NCBI GenBank assembly: GCA_963718525.1
Contig: OY970355.1
Location: 1,792,001 to 1,856,000, forward strand
Direction: 5' to 3'
DNA length: 64,000 nucleotides
Origin: Candidatus Dormiibacterota bacterium
GTDB taxonomy: Bacteria > Chloroflexota > Dormibacteria > Aeolococcales > Aeolococcaceae
Shown here: positions 29,808-39,243 of the stretch, in pieces
How positions within the stretch are numbered: the stretch's first letter is position 1
Layout of the letters: each line of letters opens with the position of its first letter
The notes under the pieces: model-generated
Databases searched by the model: none
Seen by the model: only the letters and a program-made list of their open reading frames with translations
What the model was told of the DNA's origin: nothing
Translations under genes and position numbers: made by a program

Positions 29808-31699
29808 CGCGTCGGGGCGCCAGGCATCGTGATACTGACAGCGATCGGCCAGGTCAGGGCATCCGTCTGCTTGGTCCATACGAGGGTGTACTGCTCCGGT
29901 GCCTTTGAGATGTCGGCAAATGGACCTTCGTAGTTGAGTGTGATCGTGGCATTGCCGCCATAGGGGACAATCAGCCAGTAGCCGATTTCCTCGCGCTGGA
30001 AGTCGAAGCTGACAGCTTCTGGTGCCACTTGCTTCGGGGCACTTCCGTCGATGCTGACGGTCAATGCGTCGACCTGTGCCGTCTCGGGGACGACGACTTG
30101 CACGTAGTCGCGGTACGCGCCGCCTGAGTTGATCATCAGATGCGCGTTCGCGGGATTCTTCTGTATCGGGTCTTGGTAGGTGATAGCGAGCCGGTCGTGC
30201 ACCTGGCCGTCGGCACCCACCGATGCCTCGAAGCTGAGCTGCCGGGTCACGAAGAGATCGCCCTTCGTCCCCGAAAGGTTGCCGTCGGCAACCTCGAGTG
30301 CGTCTGACAACGGCGAGACGACCTGTCCACCAGCGCCGGCGCCGGTGACCAAATCCTCGAGCTGGGCGTTAGCAAAGAAGAACGTTATGTGTTTCTGTTG
30401 CGCAGACACGGCGAGGCTCTGGGCGAGCGCGGGCATCTGTCCCAGCGGCGCATGGAGGAGTCGGTCGAGTACGGCACGGCCGAAGGGCGGCAGGTACACC
30501 TTGCCCGGGTCGCCGGGCCGCGCTTTGTTGGTGATGTAGTTCAGCTCCAGGAGCACATTGCTACCCGTGATGATCTGAGGATACGGGGGCACTGTGATTT
30601 GGCCGGTGATGTCCAGAACGCCCGCAAGCGCCACCGGATCGACCTCGATGACCCCATCAGGGTGCACGCCGGTGGCGGCTGTGTAGATCCGCTCCACGGC
30701 GGCAGCAGCGGTGGGAAAATCGAGTGACCAGCCTGCGTCCGCTAGCTCCCAGGGGTGGCCGCGAAATAGGTGGACATTCAGAGGGGTCGGCGTCGGGATA
30801 TGGGTGACCAGCGGGTCGCTGAACGTCGAGTCTCTAAAGGTGTTCGCGGTCAACGCGCCATCGTTGAAATCCAGCTGCCCGACGGCGCCGATGTAACCCC
30901 CACCGGGTCGCTCCTCACCCGGATTGGCGAGCAGGAGCAGGTAGGAGTGGTGCCCTGGACCGATCGCGGCCGGCAGCGCCCGCAAGATAGAGATCGCGGG
31001 TAACGCGGCAGTGACGAGGCTAGCGCCGTCGCGCTGCAGGGTCTGGCGGGCTGACTGCAGGGGACCAAGGAGCGATTCGGCAGGGATCTTCCTGATGTCG
31101 CTGCTCAGGGCGTTGAGCCGCGACTGCGCGGACGCGAGTATGGGTGCGCTCTGGGTGGCGATGCGCGCCATGCGCTGCAGGAGCGTCTGTTGTGCGGTGC
31201 CAGGATCAGCCAACTGCGCGGCGAGCCCGACCAGGCTGGCGCCCGCCGCGGCAGCGTCCTCCCCCGCCGTTCGAAGCGAGCGCGCTGCCTGCAGCTGGTC
31301 TCCCACCCACGGCAGGCGAGCCGAAATGTCGGCGATCCAGCCGTCGCCCAGGATGCTCGACTTGGCTCCAAAGTCGGCCGCCGCGCTGACCAGTAGGGCG
31401 TTCGCCTGGTCGATCCGATGCGGATCGATGTGTGTGAGATCACCGACGAGGAGGGTTCGCGCTTCCTCAGCGGCGTTGCGCCCCTGCTGGAGAGCCTGGA
31501 CGGCGGGCACGTAGCGCGCGCCGACGTCGACCATCCCGGCGGCAACGAGGACCGCGACCGCGAGCAGGGGCCAGCGCAGGGTGTGCCAACCCAAGTACCG
31601 CAGCCACCTCCGCCGCTGGCTTCGCTTTCGCCTCCGCTTCTGGCCACCACTCGGTCGCGCCGTAACGATCTCATCCAAGGAACGGGGAGAGGAGGGCAC
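29750..31699 (-). CDS. DUF4012-domain membrane-anchored protein
   Basis: YLLLLANPGEERPGGGYIG, WSLDFP, DGVIEVDP; one N-terminal TM; 3' end overlaps wzc convergently. Confidence 0.8.
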   Translation of the reverse strand: MPSSPRSLDEIVTARPSGGQKRRRKRSQRRRWLRYLGWHTLRWPLLAVAVLVAAGMVDVGARYVPAVQALQQGRNAAEEARTLLVGDLTHIDPHRIDQANALLVSAAADFGAKSSILGDGWIADISARLPWVGDQLQAARSLRTAGEDAAAAGASLVGLAAQLADPGTAQQTLLQRMARIATQSAPILASAQSRLNALSSDIRKIPAESLLGPLQSARQTLQRDGASLVTAALPAISILRALPAAIGPGHHSYLLLLANPGEERPGGGYIGAVGQLDFNDGALTANTFRDSTFSDPLVTHIPTPTPLNVHLFRGHPWELADAGWSLDFPTAAAAVERIYTAATGVHPDGVIEVDPVALAGVLDITGQITVPPYPQIITGSNVLLELNYITNKARPGDPGKVYLPPFGRAVLDRLLHAPLGQMPALAQSLAVSAQQKHITFFFANAQLEDLVTGAGAGGQVVSPLSDALEVADGNLSGTKGDLFVTRQLSFEASVGADGQVHDRLAITYQDPIQKNPANAHLMINSGGAYRDYVQVVVPETAQVDALTVSIDGSAPKQVAPEAVSFDFQREEIGYWLIVPYGGNATITLNYEGPFADISKAPEQYTLVWTKQTDALTWPIAVSITMPGAPTRHWTSDLSIDRSFSLLAPR

Positions 31700-31881
31700 C
31701 GCGTGGAGTGTAGTGGGCGTTTGGGAGCGTGACAGCTTGGGCGCTGGCGGTCACGGCCTGATAGCGCCGAGCCACCGATCCGGCCTCCGACGCCGATTCC
31801 TCGGCTGTACCGCGCTGCGCCGCTTTAGTAACCGGAACATCCGCCCGATGGTCACGACAGCCGTCGAATCATGAGTCCACG

Positions 31882-34764
31882 ATGAAGCGTTGGTTGATGA
31901 GCGCGCTCCTGACGGCGACAGCCTGTGCTGGGTTTGGGTCGACGTCAGCCAACGCCACGACCGTCACCACTGTCAGCGGGCGGTTCGTCGCGCTGGCTGG
32001 GGCATCGACGGCGGCGCGTGGGTCATTGGGCAGTTCGCAGCTTTCTCTCAGCAACCCTTCGGTCAGCCTCCCGCCGACTCCGAATTTCACCGACGATGGG
32101 TTGTGCGTCTTCGTTGCCCTCGACAATAGCGACGCCTGCAATCAGGACGTTGTGGACGCCATCGACAATGCTCGCGCGGCCCTCGAAAGCCTTCCCCCGC
32201 TCGCGCTGAGCGCCGCGGCATATTACGCCATGACGGTGCCAGAGCAGCTATTCGTGACTGTGAATCTGGAGCGGCTCGCTCGCGGCGCCTCGCCCATCGC
32301 CGGCCTGACAACGCAGCTCGACACCGTCGCGCAGACTGGAGCCAACAACAGCTCCGATCCGTCGCTCAATGGGATCTCACAATTGACGGGCGGAGCCTCG
32401 ATGGTGCGCGGGGGAGGCAATTGGGCTGCGGGGACGAGCAATCCCCTCGGCTCCGATTACTACTGGATGTACGACGACGGCGGCCCCTCCGCCTGGGGGC
32501 ACCGTGACAACATCCTCGGCGGCTATGCCACTGGCCTGTGTGGCTCGTCTGGGGTCCAGAACTATATGGGCGCCGGGTACACGACGGGTGGCTCGGTGAT
32601 CGGTGGGTATGACTATGGTCCCTCCTTTACCGAGGTCTTTATTGGAGCGTGCGGACCTCCCCCGACCGACGTGGTGTTCACCTGGCCCCAAGCGCTCCAG
32701 TTGTTGGATGCCGCCAGGATCGCCTCGGTGACCCCCGCGGCGGGTCCGCTGACCGGTGGACAGACAGTCACCGTGACCGGAAGTGGGTTTGCGCCGGGGA
32801 TGTCCGTGACCATTGGCGGGACATCCGTGACGCCGACAGGCGTTTCCGCCACGTCGTTCACATTCATCACGCCAGCGGAGTTGGCGGGCTCGGTCCCGGT
32901 CCAGGTGACCACCTCGTTCGGCTCAAGTGCCCTGACCCCAGCTGACCGCTACACCTATGGCACGCTGCCGGTGATCACGTCGGTGACCCCGTCGGCGGGT
33001 CCGGTGACGGGGGGCCAGACGGTGACCGTAACCGGGAGCAGCTTTGTTGTCGGGATGACCGCAACCATCGGCGGTATCGTGGTGACGCCGAGAGCAGTTT
33101 CTGCAGCCTCCTTCACCTTCACGACTCCGGCCGAGGCGGCAGGGACGGTCCAGGTTCGGGTGACGACGCTGATCGGTGCGACTGCCATCAGTCCGGCCGA
33201 CGAGTACACATACGTCACGCAGCCCGTGATTAGCACGGTGACCCCGTCGGCGGGTCCGGTAACGGGGGGCCAGACGGTGACGGTAACCGGCAGCGGGTTC
33301 GTCGCTGGGATGACCGCGACCATCGGGGGGACAGCGGTGACCCCCTCGAGCATCACCGCGAGCTCATTCACATTCACCACCCCAGCGGAGCCAGTTGGCT
33401 ACGACCAGGTCCAGGTAACCAACCTGGCGGGGACGAGCGCGCTTACGACGGTAACCGGATACATCTACAGCGGGCTGGGCAGCTTCGTCCCGGTCACTCC
33501 GTTCCGGATCCTGGACACGCGCTCTGGGCGCTGTGGGATCCACACCTGTGGCGCTCTCGGTGCAGGGCAGACGCTCGCCCTCCAGATCACCGGATACACG
33601 GACGCGCGCACCGGCGAGTCCGTCCCCACTGACGCCACAGCAGTGGTTCTCAACGTGCTCGCTGTCAACGGCTCAGCACCGAGCCTGCTGACCGTCTATC
33701 CCGGCGGGACGGGACGACCCCTTGCCTCTGACCTCAACTTCAGCGCTCACGAGAACATCGCCAACCTGGTCACTGTTGCGCTTGGCCAGACCGGCATCTC
33801 CGACGCCCAGCGCGAAGTCAACATCTACAACGCCTTTGGCACGCTCGACGTCGTGGTTGATGTCGAGGGGTATTTCGTGCCCCAGACGGTGAGCAACCCA
33901 GCGGGGGAGTTCCATGCGATCGCGCCGCTGCGGGTCTGCGACACCCGCGCCAACCAGCCGGCAAACGGCTGCAACCTCGGGCACAGCACCGACGACACAA
34001 TCGGTCCAGGACAGGTGTTCAAGGTGAATGTCACCGGTATCCCAAGCGGGGTGGGCGGCTCGCCGGCGAGCATCCCGTCCGATGGGAGCGCCGGGGCGGC
34101 GATGCTCAACGTGACCGCGGTGGCCGGCACGCAAGCCACCTGGCTCAGCGTTTTTCCCACCCAGAGCAACGGCGCCTGTCTGACCAGCGCCCCGGCCTCG
34201 TCGACGATCAACGTGTCGGCAGGCGGGGTCCTGGCCAATCGGGTGATGGTGCCGCTCGGGCCTAGCCACAGCGGTGGGCCGAGCACTGATGTGTGCGTAT
34301 ACAACGCGGCAGGGGCGATCAATGTGGCCCTGGATGCCGGCGGTTGGTTCGGTTCGAGCTCAGGGACCGCGCCGGCCGGCGCGCAGTATCAGGCGATCGG
34401 GCCGACCCGAATCTGCGACACACGGAGCGGAGCCGGCACCGAGTGCTCGGGACACCAGCTGACCTCCGGGGGTACCCTGCTGGTGGCGGTCGCCGGCGTG
34501 GGCGGGATCCCGGGGAGCGGGCCGGTGGCGATCATCGGCAACCTCACCGCGGTGAATGGGAGCCAATCGACGTATCTCACGATGTACCCGGCTGACGTGA
34601 ACCCGCGGCCGAACGCCTCAGACGTCAACGTCAACTCGGGCATCGCCCTGCCCAACCTGGTGGTGGTGAGCCTGGCGTCGGGAGCCCACGCTGGTGACGT
34701 CAACCTGTTCAACGACGCGGGGAGCATTGACGCGGTGGTCGACGTCGATGGGTGGTTCCAGTGA
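31882..34764 (+). CDS. Secreted surface protein: CAP/SCP-like domain + 3 IPT/TIG domains + 3 C-terminal PxRxxDTR repeat domains
   Basis: Signal peptide; NLERLARG and GHRDNIL; three SVTP.AGP.TGGQTVTVTG repeats; PFRILDTR/PLRVCDTR/PTRICDTR. Confidence 0.8.
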   Translation: MKRWLMSALLTATACAGFGSTSANATTVTTVSGRFVALAGASTAARGSLGSSQLSLSNPSVSLPPTPNFTDDGLCVFVALDNSDACNQDVVDAIDNARAALESLPPLALSAAAYYAMTVPEQLFVTVNLERLARGASPIAGLTTQLDTVAQTGANNSSDPSLNGISQLTGGASMVRGGGNWAAGTSNPLGSDYYWMYDDGGPSAWGHRDNILGGYATGLCGSSGVQNYMGAGYTTGGSVIGGYDYGPSFTEVFIGACGPPPTDVVFTWPQALQLLDAARIASVTPAAGPLTGGQTVTVTGSGFAPGMSVTIGGTSVTPTGVSATSFTFITPAELAGSVPVQVTTSFGSSALTPADRYTYGTLPVITSVTPSAGPVTGGQTVTVTGSSFVVGMTATIGGIVVTPRAVSAASFTFTTPAEAAGTVQVRVTTLIGATAISPADEYTYVTQPVISTVTPSAGPVTGGQTVTVTGSGFVAGMTATIGGTAVTPSSITASSFTFTTPAEPVGYDQVQVTNLAGTSALTTVTGYIYSGLGSFVPVTPFRILDTRSGRCGIHTCGALGAGQTLALQITGYTDARTGESVPTDATAVVLNVLAVNGSAPSLLTVYPGGTGRPLASDLNFSAHENIANLVTVALGQTGISDAQREVNIYNAFGTLDVVVDVEGYFVPQTVSNPAGEFHAIAPLRVCDTRANQPANGCNLGHSTDDTIGPGQVFKVNVTGIPSGVGGSPASIPSDGSAGAAMLNVTAVAGTQATWLSVFPTQSNGACLTSAPASSTINVSAGGVLANRVMVPLGPSHSGGPSTDVCVYNAAGAINVALDAGGWFGSSSGTAPAGAQYQAIGPTRICDTRSGAGTECSGHQLTSGGTLLVAVAGVGGIPGSGPVAIIGNLTAVNGSQSTYLTMYPADVNPRPNASDVNVNSGIALPNLVVVSLASGAHAGDVNLFNDAGSIDAVVDVDGWFQ
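32716..33470 (+). repeat. Three intragenic tandem repeats of 255 nt (IPT/TIG domains)
   Basis: GTGACCCC.. unit starts at 32728, 32983 and 33238. Confidence 0.85.
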
Positions 34765-34926
34765 CGTCGAGCGACTCGCGACAACCGACCACCCAGCTGC
34801 TGGTCGTCGACGACTTGGTTCCCTAACACCGGACGCCGGCGATGTTGAACGCACCGATACAGGGTCGGTTTGCGGCGAACTGCGTCTCGACTGTCGCGCC
34901 CACAGCTCGCCTCTATACTCTTGCGG

Positions 34927-35901
34927 ATGCCTACGACAAGGCCCGAGCAACGTCAGGTCCTGATCATCGGTTGGGGATTCCTGGGCGCAGCGATCGGCAA
35001 TAAGCTGCTGGCGGACGGATTGAGCGTGACGGGCTTGACACGCTCAGCGACGTTGCGCACCGAGGCGTCACGTCGTGCAGGCGCTCGTATCGTCGTGGGC
35101 GATGCTCGTGAACCAGATGTCCTCGAGGATGCGCTGCTTGATGTCGATCACGTTGTGTACTGCGCCGGAGGAGTGACGCCTCCAACAGCAGCCGCCGACC
35201 CGCCCCGAGCTGCAGCGGAGATGCTGCCGCCTCTGCTTGCGCTGAACGAAGCTCTGAGCAAACGCCCGCATGTGGCACTGACGTACTTGTCTACCTCTGC
35301 CGTCTACGGCAATCCCGATCGACTTCCCGTTGGCGAGACGGACCCGGCGTTGCCCATCTCTCCGTACGGCGCGTTGCATCTGTCCGCCGAGCTGTGCATG
35401 CAGGCGTACGCCCGGCGCTTCGGGAGCCCGCTAAACATTCTCCGATGTGCCAACGTCTACGGTCCGGGTCAGGCATACGACAGCGACCAGGGGGTCTTCG
35501 CGATCTTTCTGGATCGGATCAGTCGCGCGATCCCGGTTTCCATCTTCGGAGACGGACTGGCCCTGCGGGACTACGTGCTTATTGACGACGTCGCATGGGT
35601 CGTTGCACGCATCATCGAAGATGGGATCGACGTGGGGACCGTTAACGTCGGGTCGGGTGAGGGGCGCAATGTTCTCGAAATCATCGACGCCATCAGCAGA
35701 ACCGTCGGCGGGTCCGCGACCGTGGACCATCGACAGCGGCGCGGATTTGAGGTCGGCTCCGTGGTCCTCGATATAAGCCGTCTCAGTTCTCTGATGCCGT
35801 TCATGCCGACCGACTTTCATCGCGGCCTGGACCTTACGGCCGCGGAGTACTCGCGGCGCCGGCGGCTCGAGGTTGATCCCATCGGCGCCCCGCAGACCTG
35901 A
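34927..35901 (+). CDS. NAD-dependent epimerase/dehydratase (extended SDR)
   Basis: IIGWGFLG, STSAVYG, SPYGALH, NVYGPG, GDGLALRDYV. Confidence 0.88.
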   Translation: MPTTRPEQRQVLIIGWGFLGAAIGNKLLADGLSVTGLTRSATLRTEASRRAGARIVVGDAREPDVLEDALLDVDHVVYCAGGVTPPTAAADPPRAAAEMLPPLLALNEALSKRPHVALTYLSTSAVYGNPDRLPVGETDPALPISPYGALHLSAELCMQAYARRFGSPLNILRCANVYGPGQAYDSDQGVFAIFLDRISRAIPVSIFGDGLALRDYVLIDDVAWVVARIIEDGIDVGTVNVGSGEGRNVLEIIDAISRTVGGSATVDHRQRRGFEVGSVVLDISRLSSLMPFMPTDFHRGLDLTAAEYSRRRRLEVDPIGAPQT

Positions 35902-35932
35902 TTGCGGCGCGCGACCGTTATTGGCAGGGGCG

Positions 35933-36368
35933 CTAGCTGGATACGTAGCTCCGTTCGGGATGCGCTCGCTGGTCATATACCCGACGCCGATCAACCAGTG
36001 CCTGCTTGCACAGCGCGCAGCGGCAGCCACCGTCCGCGTAGCACTGGACCGTGCCGTGCTGCTCCCGAAGCATCGGCCTGACCCCGAGCGGGTCGCCGTA
36101 GCGCTCAAAGCGCTGCTGATGGGCGAAGCAATAGCGGTGGGGAGCGCGTGGCGCCGTGGCACAGTCCTTAAACAGCGCAGATGTAGGTCAAGGGCATGAT
36201 CCCCCCAGCATCCCTGACGATCTGACGAACGCGCTCCCGCGTCAGCCCCAGGCTGCTGCCGATCCGAGCCAAGCTTTCACCCGCTTGGTAGCGGCGCAGC
36301 ATCTCGGAATTGCGCTCCGCAACCTCGGGGTGCGGAACTGGCGCGGTCGATCGTCGCTTTCCGTCCAT
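35933..36368 (-). pseudogene. Sigma70 region-4-like HTH + Cys/His zinc-finger protein, one-base frameshift near 36170
   Basis: GESLARIGSSLGLTRERVRQI; removing one T from GTTTAAG extends ORF through CAVKDC..YCFAH..RYGDP..HGTVQCY..GCRCALC to TAG at 35933. Confidence 0.7.
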
Positions 36369-36613
36369 CGCTGAGGTCCAGTCATTCGCATCGTACCCCG
36401 GACTCGGGCCGGACAGAGTCCACTGAAGTGCAATTGGTCTGTACGGTAGCGGACCGAAGTCCCGAGTACTGCCTCGTAGCGTGACCTGCAGAGACGGGGC
36501 AGCCTGGGATAGCAGTCAGTCCTATTCGCCGTGAGAACGGCATTGTTGGGACGAACTGTTCACCCCAATTTGTCGCCGTCACGTTAGGTAGGTCGACATC
36601 CAGGAGGACGATA

Positions 36614-37519
36614 GTGCGGAGACTTCGGCGTTCAATTGCGATTCCGATCGGGCTTGTGGCCGCGATCATTCCCGCCACATCGGTGTTTGCGGCCCCGGCC
36701 GCAGGCTCGAGCGTGCTGTACAGCAGCATGGTGCCCTCGCCGGGCAACGTTCCAAGCGTGGGGTTCGAGGCCACTCAAACTTCGCAGTTCGGCAATGAGA
36801 TCACCCTGACTCGCTCGGCGAAGGTCGGCACGGTCACCGTGACCATGAGCTCCTGGGGCTGTCAAACCGGTGGTTGGACCTCCAACAACTGCATGACCAC
36901 CCCGGGGTCCACGTTTGCTGAGCCGATCACGCTCAACCTCTACCAGGCACCGGCCACCAACCCGACCACCCAACTGGACGTGCCGGGCTCAGGTGTGCCG
37001 GGCGCGCTGATCACCTCGGTCACCAAGACCTTTCAGATCCCCTACAGGCCCTCGGCCAACCACACGAAGTGCATCGGCGCTGAGGCCGGTGCCTGGTTCG
37101 ACAGCAAGAACGGGTTCTGCTTCAACGGCCTTGCCACCAACATCATCTTCAACCTCAAGTCGCTGAACGTGACGCTCCCGAAGACGTTCGTCTACGGCAT
37201 CGCGTACAACACCAGCAACTACGGCGCGGTGCCATACGGCGACGCGACCGCCTGTTACAGCAGCTCCGGAGGCTGCGGCTACAACTCGCTGAATGTCGGC
37301 CTCTCGTCGGACCCGGACAATCTCAACAAGGGCACGAACCCCTATTCGGGATACGTCTGGTGGAACACGCTGAATAAGGGCTTCTATTGCGACGGCGGCA
37401 ACGCCGGATTCGGCACCTTCCGCATCGATTCGCCAGGCACCCCCGCGTGTTGGGGTGTGTACTCGCCGTACAACACCGCGCCCTGGGACATGCCGGCGGT
37501 CCAGTTCACCGCCGCCTGA
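36614..37519 (+). CDS. Secreted Cys-containing hypothetical protein
   Basis: AGGAGG RBS, signal peptide, strong high-GC codon usage. Confidence 0.8.
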   Translation: MRRLRRSIAIPIGLVAAIIPATSVFAAPAAGSSVLYSSMVPSPGNVPSVGFEATQTSQFGNEITLTRSAKVGTVTVTMSSWGCQTGGWTSNNCMTTPGSTFAEPITLNLYQAPATNPTTQLDVPGSGVPGALITSVTKTFQIPYRPSANHTKCIGAEAGAWFDSKNGFCFNGLATNIIFNLKSLNVTLPKTFVYGIAYNTSNYGAVPYGDATACYSSSGGCGYNSLNVGLSSDPDNLNKGTNPYSGYVWWNTLNKGFYCDGGNAGFGTFRIDSPGTPACWGVYSPYNTAPWDMPAVQFTAA

Positions 37520-37533
37520 ACCGCGTACTCCTG

Positions 37534-37564
37534 GCCCGGCGGCGGCCAACACACGCCGCCGGGC
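37534..37564 (+). terminator. GC-rich hairpin after secreted protein gene
   Basis: GCCCGGCGGCG-9 nt-CGCCGCCGGGC; no U tract. Confidence 0.55.
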
Positions 37565-37612
37565 TACCGTCGCAGCCGGTGCCACTCAGCCGGTGCACGA
37601 GGTTAGCTGCTG

Positions 37613-37627
37613 TGTAATCATGTAATC
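37613..37627 (+). promoter_or_regulatory. TGTAATC direct repeat, putative operator/-10 region
   Basis: TGTAATC-A-TGTAATC immediately before ATG 37629. Confidence 0.4.
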
Positions 37628-37628
37628 C

Positions 37629-38168
37629 ATGAAAGGACACAGCTCTCCCGACCCGCTCACCGACGAGGAAGTCTCCGGCTGGTTCGCCGGCCGCCTGCCC
37701 GAGGGGCTCTACAAGTCTGGCCCCACCATCAGCTCGGATCCCGACGAGATCCTCATCGTCGGCGAGATCGACGAGCCCGAGCTTGCCGCCGACGCCGCCG
37801 AGGGGACCCGTGCGGCCGCCCGCAGCGCCCGGATCTCCCGGTTCCGTGCTGACACCCGCGACGCGCGCATCAAGGTCGCGCGCGATGCCGAGCGGCTCTT
37901 CGGCCGCAAGGTCTCCTGGGGAGCGCGCTGCGGTGGCGTCGAGGAGCTCTTCACCACCCTCGGCGTTCCGGTGATGACCCGGCTGCGAATCCAGGACCGC
38001 CGAGTGCTCGACACGCTGATCGAGGCAGGCGTCGCCCGCAGCCGCAGCGAGGCACTCGCGTGGTGCGTCCGGCTCGTCGGTCAGCATCAGTCCGACTGGA
38101 TCGAGAGCCTGCGCGGTGCGTTGACCGCCGTCCAGAAGGCGCGGGCCGAAGGTCCCGATGTCGCCTGA
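37629..38168 (+). CDS. Hypothetical protein with C-terminal ribbon-helix-helix-like segment
   Basis: VPVMTRLR...LDTLIEAGVARSRSEALAWCVRL. Confidence 0.75.
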   Translation: MKGHSSPDPLTDEEVSGWFAGRLPEGLYKSGPTISSDPDEILIVGEIDEPELAADAAEGTRAAARSARISRFRADTRDARIKVARDAERLFGRKVSWGARCGGVEELFTTLGVPVMTRLRIQDRRVLDTLIEAGVARSRSEALAWCVRLVGQHQSDWIESLRGALTAVQKARAEGPDVA

Positions 38169-39117
38169 CCCGAGCGATGACGCCGAGTTGCTCGACGCAT
38201 ACTCGCGCACGCTCACCCAGGTAGCCGCGGAGCTGGCGCCGTCGGTGGCGGCGGTGCAGGTCACCTCGAGCCAGGGGCGCGGCGCCCCGCTCGGAAGTGG
38301 CTCGGCGGTCGCGCTCAGCTCCGACGGCTACCTGGTCACCTCGGCGCACGTGGTTGCGGGAGGTGACGGTGGCCGGCTCGACCTCGCCGACGGCCGCCAG
38401 CTCCGCTTCCGCGTTCAAGGGCGCGACCCGCTCTCCGACCTCGCGGTACTGATCGCCGAGCATGGCGATCTGTATCCGGCGCGGCTCGGCGACGCGTCGG
38501 CGCTTCGGGTCGGCCAGCTGGTGGTCGCCATCGGCAATCCCATGGGTTTGGCGGGCAGCGTCACCGCGGGTGTCGTCAGCGCCCTCGGGCGCTCACTGCC
38601 GACCCGTGCCGGCGCCCAGGTCCGGGTGATCGACGACGTGATTCAGACCGACGCCGCGCTCAATCCCGGCAACTCGGGCGGCGCGCTGGCGGACTCGTCC
38701 GGTCGAGTCGTCGGGATCAACACCGCCCTCGCCGGCGTCGGCCTGGGGCTCGCGGTCCCCGTCAACGCGACCACCGAGCGGATTCTGGGCCGTCTCGTCC
38801 GCGACGGCCGGGTCCGGCGCGCCCACCTCGGCGTGGCCGGATTGTCGCGCCCGATCCCACCGCGTTGGGCCGAGGAGATCGGTCGTGGCAAGGGTCTCGA
38901 GGTCGCCGAGGTCATCAAGGGCAGCCCTGCCGAGTCCGCCGGTCTCCGCCCCGGCGACATCATCATCGAGGTCGACGGCAGGCCGATCGAGAGCCCGCGC
39001 GACCTGCAGCGCCTCATGGTCGACGGTCCGATCGAGCGCTTCCTGGTGATCCGCGTGCTGCGCGGGCGGTCAAGTTACGTTGTGACAGCAATCCCGGACG
39101 AACTCGCAGCCGCGTAA
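38158..39117 (+). CDS. HtrA/DegS-like trypsin serine protease with PDZ domain, no signal peptide
   Basis: TSAHVV, SDLAVL, NPGNSGG, SPAESAGLRPGDII. Confidence 0.92.
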   Translation: MSPDPSDDAELLDAYSRTLTQVAAELAPSVAAVQVTSSQGRGAPLGSGSAVALSSDGYLVTSAHVVAGGDGGRLDLADGRQLRFRVQGRDPLSDLAVLIAEHGDLYPARLGDASALRVGQLVVAIGNPMGLAGSVTAGVVSALGRSLPTRAGAQVRVIDDVIQTDAALNPGNSGGALADSSGRVVGINTALAGVGLGLAVPVNATTERILGRLVRDGRVRRAHLGVAGLSRPIPPRWAEEIGRGKGLEVAEVIKGSPAESAGLRPGDIIIEVDGRPIESPRDLQRLMVDGPIERFLVIRVLRGRSSYVVTAIPDELAAA

Positions 39118-39243
39118 TACGGCGCGCAGCGCCCGGATGGTCGTTGTGGCTGGTGCGACGGAAACTGACCGTGGTTGACGACGCAAGTGCTGGTTCATCA
39201 GACTAGCCTCCGAGTCTCCAGGGATTAGCTAAAGGGGGAAGCC

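Noticed and set aside
7250-36180. Programmed frameshifting or phase variation at 7268, 13996 and 36170
   Set aside because: No slippery heptamer or long homopolymer; three isolated single-base insertions fit sequencing error or recent mutation better.
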